IMG/VR virus record: IMGVR_UViG_2645727837_000002
Coordinates: 59,967-79,966 of that record
Source of the DNA: an uncultured virus (IMG/VR IMGVR_UViG_2645727837_000002)
Lineage: Duplodnaviria > Heunggongvirae > Uroviricota > Caudoviricetes
Reading direction: 5' to 3' (one strand)
Length of the DNA stretch: 20,000 nt
Shown here: positions 8,260-14,715 of the stretch, in pieces
How the letters are laid out: the number at the start of each line of letters is the position of its first letter
Numbering within the stretch: the stretch's first letter is position 1
Notes under the pieces: model-generated
Told to the model about the DNA's origin: nothing
Databases searched by the model: none
What the model saw: only the letters and a program-made list of their open reading frames with translations
Position numbers and translations under genes: made by a program

Positions 8260-9753
8260 ATGCAGAACTACACACAGATTCCAGACAGCCAGCGGGTATC
8301 CGACTCGCTCGCTCCGCTGCTCAACAACGATCTCACGGCGATTTCGCGCAACTCTGGCGACTCCTTTCCGATCACTGGACTCCAGATCGGTATGCCGTAC
8401 CTCAGCACGTCGCAGAACAAGCTCTTCCGGCTCGCGAGCCTGACGCCGGTCACATGGGTGGTCGAAATCGACTACAACCGTTCGATCGCATACCAGGACA
8501 ATCTCGACCAGGTTGCGGCGTCAGCAAACAGCCGTGTCCTCAAAAGCGGCGACAACATGACCGGCCCGCTCACGCTCTCGGGCGACCCATCGCAGGCGTT
8601 GCATGCCGCGCCGAAGCGGTACGTTGACGCGCAGGCGCAGGCGGCGACCACCGCGGCGAACAACCGTGTGCTGCGCTCTGGCGACCAGATGAACGGCCCG
8701 CTCACGCTCTCTGGCGACCCGTCGCTGCCCTACCACGCCGCGACGAAGAATTACGCCGACTACCTCTACAACTCGCTGAACAACGCCAAGCTCGGCCGCA
8801 ACGGCGACACGGTGGCCGAGCTTTACAACAATGGGTGGTTCCGCTCGAACGGTCAAGTTGGCTGGTACAACCAAACCTATGGCGGCGGCATCTATATGAA
8901 CGACGGGGGCTACGTCAAGGTTTACGGTGGCAAGGGATTCGCGACTGATACGCACACTCTCGAACAGGGCACGGGCGGAATCTGGACGTCGCGCTATGGT
9001 TGGCTGGAGAACTGCTTCGCCGGCAAGGGCGCTGAAGACCGCCTAAACTCGGTCGGCACGCTAGACAGCGGCGACGGCTGGCATCCGACGCAGCCGAATC
9101 TCCCGTGGTGGGGTGCCCCCGGTAACGGCGTCATTGCACCAGCGGCCTTCTACCTGAAACGGTCCGGCAGTCAGGTTCAGCTCGTGCGTATGTGGGGAAA
9201 CTGCAACTGCAACTGCGCCTGCACATGCTTCCCAGTCGGCACGCGGATCATGATGGCTGACGGCTCGTGGAAGGCCGTCGAGCATGTTCAGATCGGCGAC
9301 ATGCTCATGACGCCGCTTGGACCTGAAGCGGTGCTCGACATCGAGACACCGCAACTCGGCGACCGCAAGATGATCGGCTTCGAAGACGGCTCCCTCTTCT
9401 GGACCGACGATCACGCCTTTTGGACCCGCCGCGACGGTGCGCAGGCCTTCGGTGTCTACGACAAACAGTCGTGGCTCCGCGGCGTCGAGCTGGGCGTCGT
9501 GAAGGGTTTGCCGAACAACGACGACATTCGACTATTGGACGATCGGTGGGATGAGTTCGCGCACGTGAGTGGATGGAAGCGCAACCGCGTCGTCGCGCAC
9601 ACCCCCCCGGCCGACACCAAGGTTTACCTACCGATCGTCGGCGGATGCCACATGATCATCGCCGAAGGTTACGTCGTCTCGGCTGGCGCAAATGGGTTTG
9701 ACTTCGATTACAACACCTTCGAATGGAAAGGACTCAGCCATGTTGGTGCATAA
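8260..9753 (+). CDS. Tail fibre protein with C-terminal (Cys-x)n motif and Hint (intein-like) domain
   Basis: ATG at 8260 (497 aa; TTG at 8239 is an alternative). Two 'SGDxMxGPLTLSGDP...HAAxKxYxD' fibre repeats. Segment 'GWFRSNGQVGWYNQTYGGGIYM'. NCNCNCACTC at 9199-9228. Hint block A 'CFPVGTRIMMADGSWKAVEHVQIGD' from 9226, block B 'TDDH' at 9403-9414, C-terminal 'VYLPIVGGCHMIIAEGYVVSA' at 9622-9684. Confidence 0.85.
   Translation: MQNYTQIPDSQRVSDSLAPLLNNDLTAISRNSGDSFPITGLQIGMPYLSTSQNKLFRLASLTPVTWVVEIDYNRSIAYQDNLDQVAASANSRVLKSGDNMTGPLTLSGDPSQALHAAPKRYVDAQAQAATTAANNRVLRSGDQMNGPLTLSGDPSLPYHAATKNYADYLYNSLNNAKLGRNGDTVAELYNNGWFRSNGQVGWYNQTYGGGIYMNDGGYVKVYGGKGFATDTHTLEQGTGGIWTSRYGWLENCFAGKGAEDRLNSVGTLDSGDGWHPTQPNLPWWGAPGNGVIAPAAFYLKRSGSQVQLVRMWGNCNCNCACTCFPVGTRIMMADGSWKAVEHVQIGDMLMTPLGPEAVLDIETPQLGDRKMIGFEDGSLFWTDDHAFWTRRDGAQAFGVYDKQSWLRGVELGVVKGLPNNDDIRLLDDRWDEFAHVSGWKRNRVVAHTPPADTKVYLPIVGGCHMIIAEGYVVSAGANGFDFDYNTFEWKGLSHVGA
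8527..8760 (+). repeat. Two intragenic fibre-shaft repeats (34 aa each, 132-bp period)
   Basis: 8527-8628 encodes NSRVLKSGDNMTGPLTLSGDPSQALHAAPKRYVD and 8659-8760 encodes NNRVLRSGDQMNGPLTLSGDPSLPYHAATKNYAD. Confidence 0.9.
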
Positions 9754-10450
9754 GGTACTCATCCCCGACGATCTGACGGATGAGCAGCGCGCCCACGCGT
9801 ACGGCATCGTCACTATCATTCCGACACCTACCGGTTTCACTATGCAGTCGACGGACCTGAGCCTTTACTGGCAGTTCGACTTGAATAAGGTGGAGCACGG
9901 TAATGACGTCCTGCATCTAGTGCGTGCTCGTAACGGGCAGTACGTAGTCGTGTGGGGCAGCGACATTCACGAGTCAAAGGACAGCTTGTCGTCAGCTCTT
10001 CTTCGAAAGAACATCGATTCGTTTATGCCGCTCGTTCTCATCGGTATCAACGAAGAGATGAGCGCCTACACGGCGGTCTTTTTCTGCCACACTGTCGAGC
10101 CGACCAACTCAACCCCAACCGTGGACAATTCGGATGAAAGCGGCGACATGGTCCTAAAGCGGCTCATGCCAGCAATTGCGCCCGTTATCGACCGATGGCA
10201 TGCGAAGCACAAGCTGCTGAAAGACATCAAGACAAACGACGCACTCGCCGCGCTCGAAGCGCAGGTGGATCTGCTCACCGAGCTGCTGTTTTCAATCCTG
10301 CCGGCCGACGCATTTCCATCTGATAAACGACAGAAACTCCTTGACGCTGGTGTACTGAAAATGAAGGATGGGGACCTCGCTTTCAACGACATGGTCGCCT
10401 TCAAGACCACGCTCCGCGCGCGGCAGGCGACGTACCTAGCCACCAGATGA
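9740..10450 (+). CDS. Hypothetical protein (236 aa) between the Hint fibre and the radical SAM gene; possible chaperone or accessory factor
   Basis: ATG at 9740 with AAGGA upstream. It overlaps the fibre stop by 14 nt and has an ATGA overlap with the next gene. Beta-rich N-half and helical C-half ('ALAALEAQVDLLTELL'). Confidence 0.7.
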   Translation: MLVHKVLIPDDLTDEQRAHAYGIVTIIPTPTGFTMQSTDLSLYWQFDLNKVEHGNDVLHLVRARNGQYVVVWGSDIHESKDSLSSALLRKNIDSFMPLVLIGINEEMSAYTAVFFCHTVEPTNSTPTVDNSDESGDMVLKRLMPAIAPVIDRWHAKHKLLKDIKTNDALAALEAQVDLLTELLFSILPADAFPSDKRQKLLDAGVLKMKDGDLAFNDMVAFKTTLRARQATYLATR

Positions 10451-11799
10451 CCACCTTCCGCCTGAAGACGGTCGACGCCTCTGGCGTCGGCCGTGACTTT
10501 TTCTACAACAACCAACGAAGCACCCTCACCGACCACCGCGGTTACGACGTGGTGCCCGAGCGCCCCAGCGAGCCGCGCGCGCAGGCCGTGCCCCCCGGGC
10601 GCAAGGACCGCGTTGTTCGCACGCTGAAGATCCAGCTCGGCCTCTCGTGCAACTACAGCTGCGAATACTGCTCGCAACGATTCGTGCCGCACGCGGACCA
10701 AACCAACCCCGGTGACGTCGACGTGTTCATGTCCCACCTGATGGCAAACTGCTATCTCACGGAGGACGCGACTGTCGAGTTTTGGGGTGGCGAGCCGATG
10801 GTGTACTGGAAGACGCTCAAACCGCTCGCTGAGCGGCTGCGGACGCGTTACCCAGGCATCACCCTTCGGATGATCACGAACGGCTCCCTGATCGACCACA
10901 TGAAGGCCGGGTGGCTCATTTCGATGGGGTTCACGATCGGCATCTCGCACGACGGGCCGGGGCAGAAGGCACGGGGTCAAGACCCCCTCGATAACCCCTT
11001 GACGCGCGAAGCGATCCTCATGCTGTACCAGCGCCTTCGCCCGCTGAACCGGATCTCCTTCAACGCGATGCTGCACAAAGACAGTACGTCGCGGCGCGCG
11101 GTGCGCGACTATTTCATCAAGCTGACGGGCGACACCGACGTGCCGATCGGCGAAGGCATGTTCGTCGACGCGTACGACGAAGGTGGCCGCTCGATGTCGT
11201 TTCACGACGCGCACGAGCACGTCCGCTACCGCGCCCGCGCCTTCGACGAGCTGAAGAGCGGCAACGCGCTCAACTTCGACAGCGTCACGCAGAAAATCGT
11301 CGACTTCGGCGAGTCCGTGGTCACTCGGCGCGAAGCGCGCACGCTCGGCCAGAAGTGCGGCAGCGACCGCGCTGACACCCTGACGATGGACCTGAAGGGC
11401 AACGTGCTGACGTGTCAGAACGTGTCAGCGGTAGCGGTAGCGCCGAACGGCCAGCCTCATCTCGCCGGCAACGTGCAGGACATGGATACGGTCCAGCTCA
11501 AGTCCTCGCGCCACTGGTCGACCCGCGAGCACTGCAACACGTGTCCCGTACTTCAGCTCTGCAAGGGCAGCTGCATGTTCCTCGAAGGCGACTTGTGGGA
11601 TGTCACCTGCGAGAGCGCGTACAGCGACAACGTCGTATTCCTGGCCACGGCTCTCTACGAGCTGACTGGCTGCACCCTTCAGCGTATCGAGCCATTGACT
11701 GGCACGCTGCCTGAGCACCGCCAGATCGTCTTCGGACCTCTGGCCAACAAGCGGACCACCACCCGCAAAATCATCCAGATCAAAACGGAAACGCCATGA
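10447..11799 (+). CDS. Radical SAM enzyme with SPASM domain (peptide/protein maturase-like)
   Basis: CNYSCEYC (CxxxCxxC) at 10648-10671, 'FWGGEP', 'ITNGSL', 'ISHDG'. Seven-Cys SPASM pattern C-x18-C...C-x2-C-x5-C-x3-C-x11-C at 11356-11610. Confidence 0.95.
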   Translation: MTTFRLKTVDASGVGRDFFYNNQRSTLTDHRGYDVVPERPSEPRAQAVPPGRKDRVVRTLKIQLGLSCNYSCEYCSQRFVPHADQTNPGDVDVFMSHLMANCYLTEDATVEFWGGEPMVYWKTLKPLAERLRTRYPGITLRMITNGSLIDHMKAGWLISMGFTIGISHDGPGQKARGQDPLDNPLTREAILMLYQRLRPLNRISFNAMLHKDSTSRRAVRDYFIKLTGDTDVPIGEGMFVDAYDEGGRSMSFHDAHEHVRYRARAFDELKSGNALNFDSVTQKIVDFGESVVTRREARTLGQKCGSDRADTLTMDLKGNVLTCQNVSAVAVAPNGQPHLAGNVQDMDTVQLKSSRHWSTREHCNTCPVLQLCKGSCMFLEGDLWDVTCESAYSDNVVFLATALYELTGCTLQRIEPLTGTLPEHRQIVFGPLANKRTTTRKIIQIKTETP

Positions 11800-12137
11800 A
11801 CGATCAACAAGCCACTCCCCTGATGAACGAAGGACAGATGATGCACCACGTGCTGACGCAACAGCGCAACGAGCTGGCCGATCGCCTCGCTCACGCGAGC
11901 GTCGCAGCTGGTCAAGCCGAACAGCAAGTGCAAGCTCTGGCCGCAGCAAACGCAACTCTGCAATCGGCGCTCGACGAGGCGAACGCGGCACTCGAAGCAA
12001 CGAAGAACGCACTGGTCGCGAGCCAATCTCGCGCAGACCAGCTTCAGAAGAACCTCGACGACGCCAACCGGAAGCTTGCTGCGCATCAGCGACCGATTGA
12101 AGGCGCGTCTACGTCGGTTGATCCGATGCCCGTGTAA
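11796..12137 (+). CDS. Small coiled-coil hypothetical protein (113 aa)
   Basis: ATGA overlap with the rSAM gene. Ala/Gln/Leu heptad pattern. Confidence 0.7.
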   Translation: MNDQQATPLMNEGQMMHHVLTQQRNELADRLAHASVAAGQAEQQVQALAAANATLQSALDEANAALEATKNALVASQSRADQLQKNLDDANRKLAAHQRPIEGASTSVDPMPV

Positions 12138-12150
12138 TCGCACGAAAAGG

Positions 12151-12181
12151 TGCTAAGTGAACCACTTAGGTTCACTTAGCA
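12151..12181 (+). terminator. Perfect 13-bp inverted repeat; probable terminator (possibly bidirectional) or operator
   Basis: TGCTAAGTGAACC-actta-GGTTCACTTAGCA, preceded by AAAAGG and followed by TTTCC, 13 nt after the cassette's last stop. The U-tract is weak. Confidence 0.6.
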
Positions 12182-12223
12182 TTTCCAGTGCAAAACTCTT
12201 TGTATCTGCGTAAACCCCAACCT

Positions 12224-12262
12224 TAAAATTCTCGGCACTCACCACCACCACACGAGTCCGAG
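12224..12262 (+). promoter_or_regulatory. Putative -10-like element and structured leader before the endolysin
   Basis: TAAAATTC at 12224-12231. Stem CTCGG(c)ACTC / GAGTCCGAG encloses an ACCACCACCACAC loop and ends immediately before the ATG at 12263. Confidence 0.4.
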
Positions 12263-12796
12263 ATGTCTATTACGTCCGACCAGCTTCGGAAGATCTGGAC
12301 GCACGCACCGATCGACAGATGCGCCACGTACGCGCCCCTGCTCTCGGACGCGATGACGAAGTTCGAGATCGATACACCGGAAGAGATCGTCGAGTTCCTG
12401 GCTCAGATCTCGCACGAGTCAGCCGAGGGGCGCTACACGCTGGAGATCGCCAGCGGGCAGGCCTACGAGGGACGCAGGGATCTCGGCAACACGCAACCGG
12501 GCGACGGCGTCCGCTACAAGGGCCGCGGCCTGATCCAATGCACCGGTCGGATCAACTACCTGCTGATGGGCATGCTGCTCGATCTCGACCTGATCGCGCA
12601 TCCGGAACTGCTTGAGCAGCCGAAGTATGCCTGCCTCAGCGCCGCTGCATTCTGGTGGAACCACAAGCTCGACGACCTCGCGCTGAAGAAGAACTTCATC
12701 GCGGTCACGAAGGTCATCAACGGCGGCACGAACGGTCTGGCTGATCGTCAAGCGTATCTCGTGCTCGCACGGAAGGTCATTCCTGGAGCCGCCTAA
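12263..12796 (+). CDS. Endolysin, glycoside hydrolase family 19 (chitinase-like lysozyme)
   Basis: 'FLAQISHES', 'DLGNTQPGDGVRYKGRGLIQCTGRINY' and 'TKVINGGTNGLADR'. Confidence 0.92.
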   Translation: MSITSDQLRKIWTHAPIDRCATYAPLLSDAMTKFEIDTPEEIVEFLAQISHESAEGRYTLEIASGQAYEGRRDLGNTQPGDGVRYKGRGLIQCTGRINYLLMGMLLDLDLIAHPELLEQPKYACLSAAAFWWNHKLDDLALKKNFIAVTKVINGGTNGLADRQAYLVLARKVIPGAA

Positions 12797-13209
12797 TGAC
12801 GTCGCGCAACGCAGACTTCTTCGCGCGCCTCGGCTTCACCACGTGGGCGCTTTTGGTCGTCGTGCTTTCGATGTGCCACGCAAGCTCGATCCCGGCCGCG
12901 ACGATGCAACACGGCGGATGGTTCTTCACCCTGCTGCTGCTGGTTGCCGGCGCGCTGCTTCTGGTCGACATCGTGGTCAATGACTTGATGCCCGACCGAT
13001 TCGTTTTCACGTGGGGGTTGAAGTGGCGTCATTGGGTGTACCCGATAGCGTCCTTCTCTTTTGCGTCTCATCTGTTCGTTGCTGAGCAGGCTTACAAGAG
13101 TGTGCAGATAAGCACCCTCGTTCTCTATGGCTCGATGGCTGTGTTTGGCCTGACGCTGAGTTTTCGAAATCTTTTTCACGTACGGGGTCGAGCGTGCAGC
13201 GAACGATAA
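12796..13209 (+). CDS. Multi-pass membrane protein in the lysis cassette (holin/antiholin candidate)
   Basis: TAATG overlap with the endolysin. About 4 hydrophobic segments and a basic C-terminus. Confidence 0.6.
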   Translation: MTSRNADFFARLGFTTWALLVVVLSMCHASSIPAATMQHGGWFFTLLLLVAGALLLVDIVVNDLMPDRFVFTWGLKWRHWVYPIASFSFASHLFVAEQAYKSVQISTLVLYGSMAVFGLTLSFRNLFHVRGRACSER

Positions 13210-13589
13210 AGGTATGGGCGATGTTCCTCGCCCTCACGTGGTCTCTCGTCACCTACGCGGCAACGCGTAGCGACGTGTCTTTCGGACGCGATCTGGCCAG
13301 CATCCCGGTCATCGCGTACGTGATCACGGTCATCCTCAGCAGCATCGGCGGCGCAGCATCGACGCTGCAAAAGCTGTCGAGCGCCGAGGATCTGTCGCGC
13401 TGGAAGCTGCACGTCGCGCGCGACATGGTCTCCTCGATCGCAGCCGGCCTGCTGATGTTCTTCATCGCCGAATCGTTCCGCTGGGATTCCGCTCAAGAGG
13501 CCGCGGCCATCACTGTCGCCGGCTATGGCAGCTCGAAGCTGTTCGACGCGGTCATGACCCGCATTCTGCAAAAGGTGGACACCGCATGA
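13194..13589 (+). CDS. Putative holin
   Basis: GTG start. Several hydrophobic helices: 'ITVILSSIGGAASTL', 'SSIAAGLLMFFI', 'AAAITVAGYGSSKLFD'. Located between the endolysin and the spanins. Confidence 0.7.
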   Translation: MQRTIKVWAMFLALTWSLVTYAATRSDVSFGRDLASIPVIAYVITVILSSIGGAASTLQKLSSAEDLSRWKLHVARDMVSSIAAGLLMFFIAESFRWDSAQEAAAITVAGYGSSKLFDAVMTRILQKVDTA

Positions 13590-14101
13590 AGCTGACCGCC
13601 ATTGCCGCGCTCTGCGCCGCTCTCGTGAGCGGCGCTGGCGCTTTCTACTTCACCCGCGACCACTACGTCGCGCTCATAGCCGAGAACGACGATCGGCAGC
13701 AGAAGGCCCTGCGTGCCGCTCAAGCGCGAGCGGACGCGGCAGCGGCCTTCGCTACCACGACGTCGAACCTGCTGGTCACGCAGATCTCGACCGACTACGA
13801 AAGGAAGCTCAACGATGCGAAGTCTCAAGCCGACCGCGATATTGCTGCTGCCCGCGCTGGTGCTCTGCGCCTGCGCGACCGAGCCGCAACCTGTGGCAAT
13901 CAACCGTCCGAAGGTGCAGCTGGCCCCGGTGCCGGCGTATCTGCTGACACCGGAGGAGCCGAACTTTCGCTGCCGGCTACTGAATTTCTTCTCGGCGAAG
14001 CCGGTCGAGCTGACGAAATCGTGCTCAGGCTCAACGCCTGCGAAGCCGTCGTCCGGAGCGACCGAGACGTTCTCGATCGTCTGAACGCGGGTGAGCAATG
14101 A
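13586..14101 (+). CDS. Inner-membrane spanin (Rz-like)
   Basis: N-terminal TM segment, Ala-rich coiled coil, 'AGALRLR', C-terminal 'RADEIVLRLNACEA'. Contains an embedded lipoprotein gene. Confidence 0.85.
   Translation: MKLTAIAALCAALVSGAGAFYFTRDHYVALIAENDDRQQKALRAAQARADAAAAFATTTSNLLVTQISTDYERKLNDAKSQADRDIAAARAGALRLRDRAATCGNQPSEGAAGPGAGVSADTGGAELSLPATEFLLGEAGRADEIVLRLNACEAVVRSDRDVLDRLNAGEQ
13815..14084 (+). CDS. Outer-membrane spanin lipoprotein (Rz1-like), embedded in Rz in the +1 frame
   Basis: ATG at 13815 with AAGGAAG upstream. Signal peptide and lipobox 'MRSLKPTAILLLPALVLCA-C'. Pro-rich mature region. Confidence 0.8.
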   Translation: MRSLKPTAILLLPALVLCACATEPQPVAINRPKVQLAPVPAYLLTPEEPNFRCRLLNFFSAKPVELTKSCSGSTPAKPSSGATETFSIV

Positions 14102-14715
14102 GTGCGGCTTCCCTCCCCCTCGCCCCGACCAACCCGGACGGCCAACCGCTCATCCTGATGATGAGTCCGGTCTACAACAACCTCGGACAGCTGACCCCGA
14201 TGAAACTGCTTTACGGCCGTGGAGCGCCGGCCAACAACGTCGGTAACGACGGCGACTCGTACATCAACCTGGACAACAGCTTCATGTTCGGCCCGAAGAC
14301 GGGCGGCGTTTGGCCGAACGGCTACAGCATCAAGGGCGACAAGGGCGACAAAGGCGATACGGGCGACGTCAACAAGACGCCGATCGCGCGTATGAACGTG
14401 ACCGGCAACGGTCTCGACCTGGACCTGTCGACCGGCATCGGCTGCTTCAACGCGACGATCAACGCCCCGCAGACGGCAATCACGATCAGCAACCCAGCAA
14501 CGGATGCGAACTTCGTGCGCTCGTTCTCGCTCGTGCTCAAGCAGGGCACCGGCTCGAACAAGGTCAACAGCTGGCCGGCAATCATCAAGTGGAACGGTGG
14601 CGTCCCGCCCGTCCTGTCGTACGCGCAAGGCGTGAGCGACGCGTTCATGTTCGAAACCTACGACGGTGGCAAGTCGTACGTCGGCTACTTCGTCGGCAAC
14701 AACATTCCTGCGTAA
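14098..14715 (+). CDS. Small fibre/adaptor-like virion protein with a short collagen-like repeat
   Basis: 'GRGAPANNVGNDGDSYIN...FGPKTGGVW'. KGDKGDKGDTGD at 14332-14367. C-domain 'FSLVLKQG...WPAIIKWNGGVPPVLS....DAFMFETYDGG' is of a type common in phage fibres. Confidence 0.65.
   Translation: MSAASLPLAPTNPDGQPLILMMSPVYNNLGQLTPMKLLYGRGAPANNVGNDGDSYINLDNSFMFGPKTGGVWPNGYSIKGDKGDKGDTGDVNKTPIARMNVTGNGLDLDLSTGIGCFNATINAPQTAITISNPATDANFVRSFSLVLKQGTGSNKVNSWPAIIKWNGGVPPVLSYAQGVSDAFMFETYDGGKSYVGYFVGNNIPA

Noticed and set aside
9602..9608. C7 homopolymer as a phase-variation tract
   Set aside because: Short, in frame (Thr-Pro-Pro) and expected in GC-rich DNA.
8260..9753. Diversity-generating retroelement or shufflon acting on the fibre
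   Set aside because: No reverse transcriptase, invertase, TR/VR pair or inverted tip cassettes in the window. The internal repeats are ordinary shaft repeats.
9226..9753. Canonical splicing intein with homing endonuclease
   Set aside because: No terminal His-Asn followed by Cys/Ser/Thr, no LAGLIDADG or HNH motif, and only a short C-terminal tail.
10447..11799. Radical SAM as a DNA-modification (QueE-like) or anti-phage (viperin-like) enzyme
   Set aside because: It has a full SPASM Cys pattern and sits in the tail region with no que/dpd or nucleotide-metabolism genes nearby. Not formally excluded.
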